Positions 1-13,335 of a DNA stretch of 64,000 nt are shown here, piece by piece. A model generated the notes under the pieces. That model saw only the letters and a program-made list of their open reading frames with translations. It searched no databases and was not told the DNA's origin. A program made the translations under genes and the position numbers. The first letter of the stretch is position 1. Each line of letters starts with the position of its first letter. The DNA is from Octopus bimaculoides (lineage: Eukaryota): positions 87,288,857-87,352,856 of the forward strand of contig NC_068983.1 in assembly GCF_001194135.2 (NCBI RefSeq), given 5' to 3'.

Positions 1-538
1 TTATCTATAAGAAGACAACTGTTCATTACTTAGCAGAAAATGTGCAATTGGTGGTGTTTCTTAAATCATATATAACCTGATATTTTTCCCTTTTGTGTGT
101 ATTTCCAAAGTATACTTTTTCTTTTTCTATTACATAATACCACATTGTTAAACTTGTATACATTTTCCTAATCATTATCATATTGTTTTCTGTTTCAATG
201 AGTCGAGTATGTAAAATGGAATTTGGTAAAAAATTTTGAACTTGGATTTTTCAAGTGAGATACCAGTTTGTGTGAAAGTGACTGAGTATTCCACAGACTC
301 ATGCCCTGTTAATGTAATTTTCAAGTAGGATTAATATTACACAATGTGACAAGGCCGGACCTTCAAATTATAGGTACAGCCCATAAGACATACAGTTTCT
401 ACTTACCCAATAATGAAAAAAAAAAAATGATTAAAAATTTATATTGAATATATATTTAGATTAATGAACCAGAAAAATAGAAAACCAAGAAAATTAGTTA
501 AAAATTATACTGAATTATTTCTCTTGAATCTCTTGCAG

Positions 539-652
539 GCTTTATGTTATGCTAAACTTAACCGAATTGAAGATACTCTTCCAATACTGCGAAGCATTCT
601 TCAGTGTGATTCTCCTTACAGAAACCGTCAGCTGAAAGTGTTTCCTGAAGTG
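539..652 (+). CDS. PTCD2: PTCD2-like pentatricopeptide repeat protein, penultimate coding exon
   Basis: tcttgcag acceptor, 114-nt open phase-0 exon ALCYAKLNRIEDTLPILRSILQCDSPYRNRQLKVFPEV, gtaagt donor. Joins in frame to the exon at 5648. The joined peptide (VFPEV-LNVIHSAAE) resembles the PTCD2 C-terminal region as recalled. Confidence 0.65.
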
Positions 653-2529
653 GTAAGTTGATATGTATGATCACTGTCATCATTGTTTTTGTATCCATTT
701 TTCCATGCTGGTATGGGTTAGATGAAACTTAGAGGCAGATTTTCTACAGCCTGATTATTTTCTTGTTACAAACTGTTTCCCATATAAAGAATTTTCATTC
801 CACTAGTTATCATACATCAAAAATAACAGCCACTAAATGTATGGGGTCTTGTACTTAAAGGGGAATGTAAACAAAGACACTGTTTTTTGTTTAGGGTGTG
901 TTAATGAGGATACATGGAAACAATATTCACACACCCTTCCATGCTAGCATGGAAGGTGGATGTTAAACGATGATGATGATGACACAGAGGCACACATACA
1001 AAGATACAATGGGCTTCTCAATTTCCACCAATTTCACTTACAAAGTTTTGGTTCTCTTGAGAGTATTACAGAAGACATTTGTGGGACTGAACTTGTAGTT
1101 AAGTGGTTGCAAGTGAACTTTGTAACTATACAGCCATGCCTGCACCTATTTAGTGTAATATTGTTAATTTATTATGTGTAGTGTTGATGTGGTGTTAAAT
1201 TTTGTTATTTCCTTTTGGATGAGAAGGATGGTATGCTAATGGCTTAAGTACATTTGAAGTGGAGTTTGAGGAATCTGAAGTCAATGAAGGAGGAAGGACA
1301 CATGGGAAAGGCATGCAGTAGGGCAATAGTAATATAGCATGTAATATATGGTATTGGGTCAATGGAAGGAAAAAACAGTACAAAGTACAAGTTTTCAAAA
1401 GTAGAATCATTTTCTTAGTACTGTACAATCAGAAAGGATGCAGCAAAATAATGGATCAGGAACTGAAGATTTTTCAGTTTGGGTAAAGTTGTTCCTTACT
1501 TTGGGATCAATTGTTATCAGGCATTTCCAACTTTGACTTATTTTCAAGCATGGTGTGTCTAGGACTACATCATTTAGTGTATCTTTTTTTTTTTTTTTTT
1601 AAGATAGTAGGGTGTGATTTTATAAGAATTTGCTATCTTGTAGCAAACAGAATAACCACATAAAAAATATATCAGTTAGGTGAAAAGCATTTTTCTGAAT
1701 GTAGAGTATAATGTCAATTACTAAAGGAGGTACACTGTTATCACATGAGCAATGAAAAATAGATATCAACATGATTGTGATTTTGAATACATGTTAATGC
1801 TACATATTTAAGTCCTGCAGAAGTTCAATAGTTACTCAGAGGTGATACAACTCTTTGTTCTCAGGAGAAAAATCATGTTTTGCACAGTTTTCACAATGTT
1901 AAATTCTGTAACTGATATTAATGGTGTTTTTGTAAAAGTATGTAGCATAATGTAATTAGTAATACCACAAATAGTAGTATGATATTAACTGTTAATAAAT
2001 GATTAAATTACTTATGATATTTATTTTCATCTCTCACTGTTTGGGTCGCTAGTACAAGTTTTCTAGTCTTCTACTAAGATTGATTCAAATATGTAGCCTT
2101 GTACTTATGTAGTACATATTATTGCAGTAATTTTACTAATCTTTTGTTATTGCAAAAAGTATTAGAATGCAATTTGTTGTTTCATACAGATCTTTGAAAG
2201 ATAATGGCTAGCTTATTGACCTGTTAATATACAAGCATATTATTGGCTTGCTAATTTAAATACAATTCTTGTTGGAGTATCAAAATAATCTTTTCTTGTG
2301 GAACATTTCTCATCTCCCCAGCATTAAAGAGATAAGTAATAGCTTTCCTTTTGGGTTGACTATATTGTTAGAGAATAGTTGCCCTCATGAACTTCTTTTT
2401 AATATCTAGTGATATAAAATAGAAGCAGTAAAGTTATCTGCCTTGCTCAATGATGCTATTGCTGATCTTTATTCTATCTTGAAAAAAAAAAAAATCATTT
2501 AATCATTTCCTCACACAAATTTCAGACGA

Positions 2530-2690
2530 TGGCATAGCTGTACATTTAAGAAGTTTCTTCACAAACTGAAGATCCTGGGTTTGATTCCACTATGTGGCAT
2601 CTGGGGAAAATGCCTTTTACTATAGCCTTAGGTTAACCAAAACTTTGTGTATGAAATTGGGTAGATGGAAACTGCATGGAATCCTGTTGA
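2530..2690 (+). mobile_element. Decayed tRNA-derived SINE (same family as 12950-13335 and 45560-45810)
   Basis: ggcatagctg head, gggtttgattcc B-box-like motif, and body (ccttttactatagcc...ggtagatggaaactg) matching the reverse complement of the other copies. Confidence 0.55.
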
Positions 2691-3419
2691 ATGGATTGTA
2701 GCTGTAATTGAAAAGTGCAACTTTGTGATACACACAGTGTCACTCTCATATCTGGTTACATAGTTATGCTAACAGTAAATATGTGTGCAGAGTTCTCAGC
2801 CACTTACATGTCAGTTTAGCAAATAAGGAATTCAATTGATCAAATGCTTGGTGTTGAAATTGATGGAGGAATCCTAATTTGCATTTCTCTAGAATTTCAC
2901 TTCATCTGAGCCTCTTGCTAGATATTAACTTTTGTTATATACACATGAAAGCTTGTGATTTAGTAGAGTAATTTGTTATCACATATGCATTTTCGCAAGA
3001 GTATTATTGACATGAGTAGCAGTTCAAAATATGAATAAAAAAAGGCTTGCAGATTTTATTTATCAAGAACATAGCAAAACTTCTACTTAGTATAGATTTC
3101 TCATATAGACACACAAGATGTCAGATATATAGGAGAGCTTGAAGTGGTGTAACAGTGATAATTTTTGCCTGAGTTCTAAGATATGGGGTAAATATTTTTA
3201 GATATACTTATTTAAACATAATGACTTCTAGGGACACTGTATTTCATTATGCAACCATAATATATTACAAAGTATATTAAATGTTTTATGAGTCAATACT
3301 GTATCCTACTGTGTTAGCAGTGCTATTAAATCACTTTTTATGGTTATCTCTACAGATTTTCTATAGAAATTATTGCCAGCATTGATTTGTTACGACATCT
3401 TGTGTCCAAATATATCTAA

Positions 3420-3660
3420 TGTAAACAACAATGTGATCGAAGATGGAAAAATAGGTAATGGGTGCACATGCCATATTTCAGGAGTTTTCACTCCTTTGTC
3501 AGCACTGTATCCAACTCATTAACCATCCATGAACACATTGTAGTATATTATGGTTGCATTACGAAATATAGTGTCCCTACAAGTCATTACTATGTATGTA
3601 CCAGCTGTCAGGAATGTGTTTAATATGTAAAATTGGTATATCCAATAATGTTACATTGCT
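3420..3660 (-). mobile_element. Highly decayed piggyBac-like transposase fragment
   Basis: Frameshifted minus-strand motifs resembling DNWYT...GTY and YNxFMxGVD. Confidence 0.3.
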
Positions 3661-3730
3661 ATATTTAGTGGCTATTTAGTGGCTATTTGGGTGTGGTGTT
3701 GAAGGAGCAAGAACTGAAATATGGCATATA

Positions 3731-4930
3731 CAAAGGGTGTTCATTAAAGATTTCCCCTGACTGACTTCCCAAGGACTGGGATAAACAGAACTTGGTAGCC
3801 TTTCTCTACATAGCCACCACCAGTGGTGGCACACTTCTCCCATTGCTTTATGCAGCTGTGAAGACCTCATCTGTAGAAGTTGGTAGGTTGCATCTAGAGC
3901 TAAGACTTTACTTTGGAAATAAGTTCATCTTCTAAAAAGTGCTTCCCCTTGAAAAAACACTTCATAGCTGGAAAGAGGTGGAAGTCAGATGATGTGAGGT
4001 TGGGAGAGTAGGAAGGATTGTGCTTTCATCTGGGTAACATACGCATTGTGAACTGGGGTGTTGTCTTGGAGGAGGCGGACTCCTTTGGTCAGTATGCCAT
4101 GCTTCACTGCTTTGATGGCATCCTGCAATTTCTGCAGCAGAGAAGCATAATATGCCTTTTGTCAGAAAACCTATCATCACTACTCCATGCTGGTCCCAAA
4201 AGACTATGACCCTCACCTTGCCTGCTGTGGGTTGGACACAAGCTTTCTTTGGAGGTGGTGAGTTATCATGCTTCTATTGCTTCGACTGGACTTTAGTCTC
4301 AGGATCGTAGTGATGGACCCATGTTTTATCCTGTGTGATAAGTCTGCTGAAAAAGTCCTCCTAATTTTCTTGGCACATTGCCAAAAGAGCCTGGGAGCAA
4401 TTGACTCATTTCTGCTTCTGTGAGCAACTGAGGAATCCATCATGAAGACAACTTCTACATGTGCAAATGGTCATGAATGATTTTTTTCCACAGACCCTAC
4501 ACTTATCTTAACTTTTTGGGCTAGTCACCAAATAGTTATGCGGTGATCCTCCAAAATGGTGGTTTCTGCTTTATGGATGGTGTTGTCATGAAAGGCAGAA
4601 TATGGTCGTCCAGGAATAGGAGCAGTTTCCACCAATGTCTAACCACATTTGAACTGGCATGCCAGTGCTTGACTACATTGTATGATGGTGCATCGTCACC
4701 ATTAACTTTTTCCATCTCATCAAAAGTCTCTTTTCGTGTATGATCTTTCAAGTATAAGAACTTGATCACTAATCCACTGAACTTGATCCACTTCAGCTGC
4801 TGTAAAAGACAAATGAATACAGGTGGAAAGCTGCAATTTACAATGCGACATGTAGAGACATGTATGATTATACATGTACAAGTTGTTTCCTGCAATAATC
4901 GGCAGTGGTTCAGGGGAAATCTTTGCCTTG
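3731..4930 (-). mobile_element. Degenerate Tc1/mariner (mariner-type) transposon
   Basis: TA-flanked. Inverted terminal motif aaagatttcccctga (3746-3760) / tcaggggaaatcttt (4910-4924). Broken ORFs encode mariner HTH (DDAPSYNVVKHW) and catalytic-domain motifs (VFWDQHGVVMIGFL). Confidence 0.88.
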
Positions 4931-5647
4931 TATTAGATGTAATCAGATACAAAACATCGTAACAAATTAGCACTGGCTTTATTTTCTATAGAAAAATCTG
5001 TAGGAGTCTTGTACTTATACATACTTCATAGCTATTTTGGGAAATACGGGGAGTTTGTGTTTTAGTGATATTAGAATAAAACCAAAACATCCTGCATTTT
5101 ATCTTAATCTCTGAGAAAATGGAAATAATAGTCATTGATTAATATCATTTTATTTTATATTCACCTAGCACTAACAATATTTTCTTATACTGTGTGTTGA
5201 TACATAGTACTGCATATTTGATGACAAATATTCACTTTAAACAGGCTGTAGTACTTTTGTAAAATAAACTTAGATAAAGCACAATATTATTTGCTTTTCA
5301 CTAACTTGACTATTATTTTTCATGTGGATGGTGCTTCTGTGTAATTTCATTCAGCTACAATAGGTTTTGATATCTGTTTGTGTACAATACTGTATATCAA
5401 TATAGTGATAGTCTTATTACTAATATAGCAAGTACGGAAAAGGATATTTTTTATTGATGAGGTCTAATAAGACCAAAACATGTCAAAAGTTGTTAAAATT
5501 ATTGAGCTAATATTTTATTTTTCTCACTGCATAAGCAATATTAAAAAGAATTTTCTTTCTATACTCCATGAAGTAAATAGGATTTATCCCCCTTCAATAG
5601 TGCAAAATTAAGTTCTGTAAATTTTTTCCTTTACGTTTTAATTTCAG

Positions 5648-5896
5648 TTAAATGTAATACATTCTGCAGCTGAAAATCATGGTGATCCAGTTTTTAAACA
5701 AACTCTGGAAACTATTGAACTTTCCTTCAAGGCTGGCGGTCTTATCAGTGATGTACTTCTGGAAGATTTCATTACTCAAAGAATAGTTAGAACACGACAA
5801 CCACAGAACAGTTTTAAAGCTCGAGGACGTTCCACAGTTGATGGTTATCGAAGTCGCCAAAGCAAAACAGTTCGATCAAGATCCAATGTTATTTAG
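5648..5896 (+). CDS. PTCD2: PTCD2-like gene, terminal coding exon
   Basis: Pyrimidine tract plus tttcag acceptor, 82 codons LNVIHSAAENHGDPVFKQTLETIELSFKAGGLISDVLLEDFITQRIV...SRSNVI then TAG; AATAAA 30 nt downstream. Confidence 0.65.
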   Translation, partial: LNVIHSAAENHGDPVFKQTLETIELSFKAGGLISDVLLEDFITQRIVRTRQPQNSFKARGRSTVDGYRSRQSKTVRSRSNVI

Positions 5897-5925
5897 TCTC
5901 TTTAGGAATGTTTATTTTTGTGTTT

Positions 5926-5931
5926 AATAAA
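5926..5931 (+). promoter_or_regulatory. Candidate polyadenylation signal of the PTCD2-like gene
   Basis: AATAAA shortly after the stop at 5896, followed by T-rich sequence. Confidence 0.5.
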
Positions 5932-7036
5932 TTCTACTCCAATTCTGAATAGAAATATGTAGGATTTTCTTTCTTATGATAGCATGCTATTAATTTCATT
6001 CATTAAATAATACATTTTTTTCATGACATCATGTTTCTTTATTGATTCTCTCTGGTAGTTTTTTTTATTTTGATTTTTATTCAATAAGTGTCTGAAACAG
6101 AATCAAGCCAGACAGAGAACTTCTCTATAATTTCAAAACCTACCTTGTGCCAATGCCACCATAAAATGCACCCAGACACTCTGCAAGACGGGTGTGTCAC
6201 ATTAGAAAAGGTTTCTTGCTGTAGAATCCATGTCAAAAATGAAATATCTTGAGTGAGGCATGGTTTTTCAACCCATCCAAGAGGGAAGTAATACTGATTC
6301 AATTTGCATTAACTCATCTAACCCCTGCCAGCTGACTTAAAAAAATAATGAGGATAATGAATTTAATGTGCAGTGGTGTGGAAAACGTTTGAAACAAACA
6401 AACAAGAATTTGAATTATCAAATATTTTGTTCTTTATTGAAAATTATTTGGATAAATGTTTAAAGGTTTCGTAGGAAATGATAACTATTCACTTAATCCA
6501 GTGTTGACATTTAAACTCTTTGATTTGTTAGTGTACATTAAATACAGGTTATAAAAAAACAATGACTTGTATAGTTTATTAACTAATTCTTTTGGTCAAT
6601 ACTTTATCTTTTCCATCAAAGAAAACAGTAGAAAACTTAAAGAAAGGAGACACTAAGGTACACAGAAGTAAATCAATAACTTTTGAAGAAGTTGTAATGC
6701 AAGTTTCCTGTAGCCATTTATCCAATAACATTTGCTGTTTTATGCACCATTTCCTGGGCACTGTTCCATGTCTTAATCACTTCAAGTATGTGGAATGGTC
6801 TGAGCATTGAGACACTTCACACTAGTGTACAAATTTTTCAGTGTTCTTTAGTGTGGAAATTTCTATTCTTTTCATAAGTTAGATATAGAGGTGGGGGTGT
6901 TAGTTTTTAGCTGTGTGTGTATGCATATTACCAAACCATTCAAAACAGTTCAGCTTTTTTGTTTTTACTCAAATTATTGTTATTTAAAGCAGAACTTTTG
7001 GTCATTTAGTTGATCTAAATGTTGATATTTTATTCT

Positions 7037-7222
7037 TCAGTTTGTTGTTTCTGATAGCATTTTAGTTGTAATTTCCCAAAGACATGTAGGCTGAACAAAA
7101 TTATTATCTACTAAATTAACAAGTTGGTAGTTCTCATGGAAATAGTCTATCAGTTTGTATGACTTTGAACTGGGGTCATACAAGTCACGCCAGTTCGTTC
7201 TCCATAAACTGAATGCTTCTTC
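7037..7222 (-). CDS. MTHFR: MTHFR terminal coding exon 9
   Basis: tttttag acceptor; EEAFSLWRTNWRDLYDPSSKSYKLIDYFHENYQLVNLVDNNF...ETTN then TGA; AATAAA 2 nt after the stop. Confidence 0.96.
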   Translation of the reverse strand, partial: EEAFSLWRTNWRDLYDPSSKSYKLIDYFHENYQLVNLVDNNFVQPTCLWEITTKMLSETTN

Positions 7223-7479
7223 CTAAAAAAGAAAAATTAAATTGTTTTCAATATAGTGATTAAAAAACAATTAACTATAGTAAAAATATAACGATTTCTT
7301 TATATGTGTTTCTCTGGCTTAGGACATGGCAATATTTTGGTGGGATATGGGATGTAAGTTATGTAACAAGTGAATATAACTTCTTTTGTGGGGTAGTGTC
7401 AAAATGGGGTGTTAACTGCTAGAGTAAGAATAGGATAGTTAAAGTTCAGAGAGCTTTTACCTCTGTTGGCAACCAAATG

Positions 7480-8080
7480 TGTTTCTCTCCAAGTGAAAGG
7501 TAAATTGTATGATGCATGTGTACAAACTTCGATGTTGCATAGTAGTGAGATGAGGGCCCTGAATGTGAAGGCAGAAGAGGAATAAAGTTGGTATGCTCCA
7601 CTGGCTGGGTGACAGAGCATTGGTGTATTGAGAGAGAAGTTGGGCATCAAAGGAACTAGATGCAGTGTGCAGGAGAGGAGACTGCTAGTTTGACTATGTG
7701 ATGGATGGGGATGGTTGCATAAAGAAGTGCTGATCGCTTTAAGTGGAGGGAAATTGTGAAGAGGGGAAACGACTCAGGAAAACTTGGGGTGGATTATTGA
7801 AGGCCAATCTGAAAACACTGAACCTTAAGGAGATGACAGAGGAGCAAGATATGTGGTGCATTGCTGTACTTGAGAAGACTCGCCCACCACAACAAAATAG
7901 AGATCCTTAAACCAAGCAACACATAAAAAGTGTTGGTGCCATGTTAAAAGTACACTATGTGGAGTGATTGACATTAAAAAAGATATCCAACTGTAGAAAC
8001 ATGGCCTTGCCAGAGTTCCTGTCAAGCCATCTAACACATGCTAGTATGGAAAACGAATGATAAATGTTGATGATGATTAC
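7480..8080 (+). mobile_element. RTE-clade LINE 3' fragment in the last MTHFR intron
   Basis: Decayed VKGKLYDACVQT.MLH.SE, LREKLGI and VEG..RG.RKTW motifs; (GAT)n-like tail near 8070. Confidence 0.7.
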
Positions 8081-8936
8081 GGTTAGTTGACAATCGGTTC
8101 TTTTATTTTAGTTGTCCTGTACAATTGTCCAAACAATATATAAGTATCTAAGTTTGCAAAATTCCAGCCCAACATTGTTAGCTGTTAAAAGTATATGAAC
8201 AGAAAATAATCATCATTTACCATCCCTATTTCATGCTGGCATGGGCTGGGTGGTTTGGCAGAATCCAACAGATCAGAGGACTGTTGAGCTCCAATCGTTT
8301 TTATGGATGGATGCTTTTCCTAATGCCAGCCACTTTATAAAGTGTATTGCATGCTTATAAAGAGAAATCTGATAATTTTTTGAAGAAGTTTAAATGAAAT
8401 AATAAATCAGGGTAATGTTTTAGCATGCTATTTCATAATATTGACTTCTCACATTGGACAAAACCATAAATTTTGGATAAAGTATAGCCAATTATGTTGA
8501 CCCAGTACTTGACAGCTACTTTATTTTATCCATTCTATGAAAAGCAAATTCAACTGGCAGGATTTGAACTTAGAGAATTAATACTGTCAGGTGTTTTGGT
8601 TGACACTGCTCTGTGTTATTTCATAATATTGAAAATACAAAATTGGCTCATCAGTTTAGATTGGCCAGTCTTGTGACATCTTGAAATATAGCTAGAAAGG
8701 AGAAGGACTATATGAAATAAGCAATTCTGAAAGTTTGTTTATAAAAATTTTTAAAATGGCAGGGTTCTGAATTAAGAAAAGGCAGGTTCAATATACAGTA
8801 TTTCACCACATTCAAACCCATTGATACATAGACATAATTTTTTCGCTCATAGTCCAACTGGATAAATATAAAAGAAGTTCTGATCAGACATTTTACAGAA
8901 TACTCATTCATTAGAAAATGGTTTTGCTTAACTTAC

Positions 8937-9059
8937 TTTCCAAATTTTGAAAGCAATAGGATCAACAACAGTGGGCTGGATTATTTCCATTCCTGGAAAT
9001 ACTCCCCATGTAACAGCTATTGGTTGAGTTTCATCACAGTTGGTATAATCCATATCACC
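8937..9059 (-). CDS. MTHFR: MTHFR coding exon 8
   Basis: 123 nt; [41 protein letters not shown]; gtaagt donor. Confidence 0.96.
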
Positions 9060-9807
9060 CTGGGACATACAAAAGATCAGTTTATACACTGAATTAGAGA
9101 AATACATAATAGTTCAGTTAGATTATTGAAGTGTTTAAGTTCAGTTGCTAAAATGAGTAAAGAATCTAACATTTTGGTTCCTTGTCCTTTCTCTCGAGAA
9201 GTAAAGAACAGAGATAGAGGGGAAAGTAGTATTGTTGCTTTAACTGCATCAATATTCTTGGAGTCCAGTTTTTATCCAGTGAAGTTATTATTTTGCAAGC
9301 ATTCAATTTGACTGTGATAAACACAGAGCCTATACACCATAAGTTTTCATTTAAACCAATTGATCACAGTAAGCATGAAATGACCTTTCAAGTATAGTGC
9401 TGAAATTCACTTCAAATCCACTGCAGGTGTCTTGTTATATATTTCTGAATTTAATTTTAGGTGCCCATCACCATCAATTGCCAGGAATAGATACATGAAT
9501 CAGTTGGAATTATTTCTTGAAATAGGGCAGAGTCTAGAAAGAGATCTAGTTCTAATCCATTTTATATTATAAAACCAAACTTAACCACTGTCATTTAAAA
9601 GTTCAATAGGATCTGAGAGACATTTGCTTTGTAAAAATTATTCACAGCTTATGGGCCTGCCTTGTCACGAATGTGAAGAGTATTTTGTATCCATTTTGCA
9701 GGACATATCTCCATAAAATACTTATTACTTGAATTAATGTAAATATTAATTATTCTAAAATATTTTCTGACAATTTCAAAAAGGTAATTAATAAATCGAA
9801 AACTTAC

Positions 9808-9906
9808 CTGACTGTTCCCAATATGATAATTGACCTGAGGATAGTTAACTAAGAGTTTCTTCAAAACTTCGACATTTTCTTTTGAAGTGAAAAACTCAAG
9901 ATAGGC
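9808..9906 (-). CDS. MTHFR: MTHFR coding exon 7
   Basis: 99 nt; AYLEFFTSKENVEVLKKLLVNYPQVNYHIGNSQ; gtaagt donor. Confidence 0.96.
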
Positions 9907-11719
9907 CTTTAAGATATGGAAAAAAAGAAAGAAAAAAAGTTCTTTTTTTTGCAAAGGAAATATTCAAGAAAGATTTTATGCATGGTAGATCAATATATTC
10001 CTTTTAATATGTGAAACTAATACTGAGATTAATTAATTTGAACTAATACTGAGATTAATTTTCCACTTGTGCTAGCATGGGTAGTATATTTGATGATGAT
10101 TTGCAAATACTGGATATTTTCTTTATTACTTTAAAAAAAATTGGCAGAACTTCTGGTCTTCTAATGCTCACTTGCATTGAATGTTTCAAATGTTCAGACA
10201 GGTCTAGTTAGAATGCTTGTTAGCAGGAGGAGATAGGGACAGGGAGAGAATTTATTTTTGCTAGACTGCAGATTTAAAAATCATTCTTTCTTTAGTCATG
10301 TTATTGCCAGTTGGTTGAGTCATTTGCTTGATTTTTCCTTATTAGAGGTATCCATCAATGGGTGGTCAGATATATTAACTACTAATGATCTAACCAGTGA
10401 GAACAATCTTTTGTTTCCACTTACAGTTGTGGAGTAAACTTAACCCTTCAATTTAACAAACCATGCCAGTCATGTCTAGGTTCCCAATCTCTACACAAAC
10501 TTCAAAGAACCTTGTTATAAGCCAACCAGAGAACCTCTAAGTGGTCACTCGAACTGCCAGATATAACCATCAAATCTACCTTAAATTATATCCTGTTATT
10601 TAAAAAAAAGATAAGTTGCAGGTAATCATACACAATAATGACTAAAACAAGCTAAAAATACTCAAAATGGACCACTAAGATATGCTATGAGCAAGGTTTG
10701 CTGCTATGGCAAACTTTACTGAATATTTTTCTACATGTAGTTGTGTGAGCAAGAAAGGAATGAATGAACAGAGACAATGTAGGAAAGATGGGACTATACT
10801 CTTGTGGGAACGAAGCAACCTCACTAGTGCAGCTGCTGTTGACAGCTCATATTGCCATTGGTTAAATATTTTTGATCACATGTAAAGATTTTAAGCTTTG
10901 ATATTAATTATAACCAATCTGTGATGGTCAAAAAAGAGCAAAGAAAAGTTCTGAAAATTTGGTTCATTCAACACATTGTTTTCTCTCTCCACAAGCATTA
11001 GATCTCCAACAAAGAACTCTATTGGGTCATGTTTGGATGTAGTTCAAGCTACCATTTTTCATCCAATGGAATAGCCACTTTTCGTGCAGTCATGCAATTC
11101 TTCAGTTCTTTCATGTTTAATATATATAGTAACTGGCGGTGCCCCAGTATGGCCACAGCTCATGAGCTGAAACTAGATAAAATGAAAAAATGATAGTCTG
11201 GATTTCTCGTTTACATACAGATTATCACCTTTGTGGTAGGGTTCTATGCCCCACTACAAACCCATAATAAAACAATTCTCTCACATTTGCATCTCACTCA
11301 CTCTGTCTTTTTGTTGGTATGAGAAGAATGCTTTCACTCTTGAAGTATCCATGCTTCAATTGGACACATATATTATTGCCTCTCATTCTTTGAGTTAATA
11401 TACACGAATATAAAGACACATACATGAATATCTTTATGTAATATAACTTTTGTTTATCAATCATTCAAATAGGGTTTTTCTGAACATGTTTCCTATCAAT
11501 CATTTGTGATTAATAGATATGTTGATGATTAGCACACAATCTGTCTTTACAACCTCAAGTACATACTTAATAAACTCATATCATCAAAACATAGTGGGAA
11601 GAAAATAAGTTCTCTAGCACCCATAACATGGATAAAATTTATCCAGACATAATGAAATTGCTGGATACAGTACTCAGGTGCACTACAACTGAAAAAAAAA
11701 AAAGAGAGGCATTTGATGT

Positions 11720-12180
11720 ACTGTTGGTGAGTTTCAGGAAGCATGGAAATTTTGTAGGATGTAGTGTCTGAACAGTTAACAACTAATACAGGTAGTTTAT
11801 TCCATGCTTTAGCAATTCTGAGTGTGAAAAAATGTTTCTGGAAGTCATGGGTGCTGTGTTGTTTTTTGATTTTGTAAGCATGTCCGCAAGTGCTTGACAT
11901 ATGGAATTCTATAAGGTGCCCATGTTTGTTGTTGGAAAGATGGTGGATAATCTTGTGGGTGTCTACCAAGTCAATTGCCAGATGTCTGAGCTTTAATGTG
12001 TCCATATTCAGTGAAACAAGACATTCAGAGTATGGTAGATGCCTGATGATGGGTATTTGCTTGGTTGCATGTTTCTGGACAATTTCCAGGAGATTGATAT
12101 GCTGAGCAAGATAGTCCAGACTGGTGATGCAAACTCTTAGTGTGGATGTACTATAGTCATACACAGTTTTAAATAGATAG
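11720..12180 (-). mobile_element. CR1-like LINE 3' fragment
   Basis: ORF 11547-12164: LKLRHLAIDLVDTHKIIH...TCGHAYKI...FFTLRIAKAWNKLP. Same family as 46820-47090. Confidence 0.8.
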
Positions 12181-12949
12181 CTGGAGAGTGGCTGACAAAA
12201 GTCTTACTGAGTGATGTTCAGACACCCTCAGACTTCTTGATTATCTTAGAGATGTGGTTTGTCCAATGCAGATCACTGTTTACAGTATTACTCAGATCAC
12301 ATTCACTAACGGATTTCTTAAGATTGGTGTTGTTGAGGGAGAATGTAAAAGTTGGGTTCTTATGAAGAGTATCCAAGCAAAGAAATCATGCCTAAAAGTA
12401 GAACATATACACAAGTCGTGATCCCTTACTCATCAAGGTGAGCAATAGTTTCAAATATGAACCAACTCATACTGTGACCTGTCCAACCCATAACATGGAA
12501 AAGCAAATGTAAAATGCTGCTGCTGTTGTTGCTGATAATGATCATGATGATGATGAACAATTACTTCCGAGTGTCCAGGCTCAACTGCAAGAATCTCAGA
12601 ACATTACCACAGTACCATCTCTTCCATTTAACCCAGACAAACATAAAAAAAGCCACATATACACACAAGCTGCAGCAGCATCAGTAACTAAATTAGCTCC
12701 AAACACTGCTGGGATTATTCGTGATGTGTAACATCACAAATAATAAATGCAGAAAAGTAAATAACATCCATATTCTCCTCACCAAGTTCACCAAACTCGT
12801 TTCTTTCCTGGCCAGTGGGAGTCAGAGTTTGTTATGAAGAAGACCAGGTCACACCCAGGGGAGTAGAGTTAGTGATTGAAAAAGAGCAGTCAAATCGCCC
12901 TGTTTTTGTGAAGATGGTTTTAGAGATATCCAACCTCATAGCGAAGAAA

Positions 12950-13335
12950 TAAGAATTATCAGATCTTCATCTGTTATCTTTCACTTGTTTCAGCCATTAG
13001 ACTGCAGCCATGCTAGGGTGTCACCCTGAAGGATTTTAGTTGAGCAAATTGATTCCAGTACTTTTTTCTAAAGCCTGGTACTTACTCTATTGGTCTCTTT
13101 TGCTGAATTGTTAAGTTATGGCGATGTAAATACATCAACACCAGCTGCCAAGTGGTGGTGGGGGACAAACACAGACACAAACACACACACATACACACAA
13201 TGGGCTTCTTTCAATTTTCATCAACATAAATCAAGGGTGCAGTAGAAAACACTTGCCCAAGGTGCCACACAGTGAGACTGAACCCAAACCATGTAGTTGG
13301 GAAGCAAACTTCTTTCCACATAGCCACACCTGCAA
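12950..13335 (-). mobile_element. tRNA-derived SINE with internal (CA)n
   Basis: Head on minus (gtggctatgtggaaagaag...tgggttcagtctcactg); body shared with 45560-45810. Confidence 0.7.

Noticed and set aside
6081-6302. 73-aa minus-strand ORF (MNQYYFPLGW...) between the two genes
   Set aside because: No recognisable domain or splice partner, and MTHFR already terminates at 7037. Probably a chance ORF in UTR or intergenic DNA.
10015-10060. 20-bp direct repeat AACTAATACTGAGATTAATT twice, near the exon 7 acceptor; also an 11-bp tandem at about 3662-3686
   Set aside because: Ordinary local slippage duplications with no further structure.
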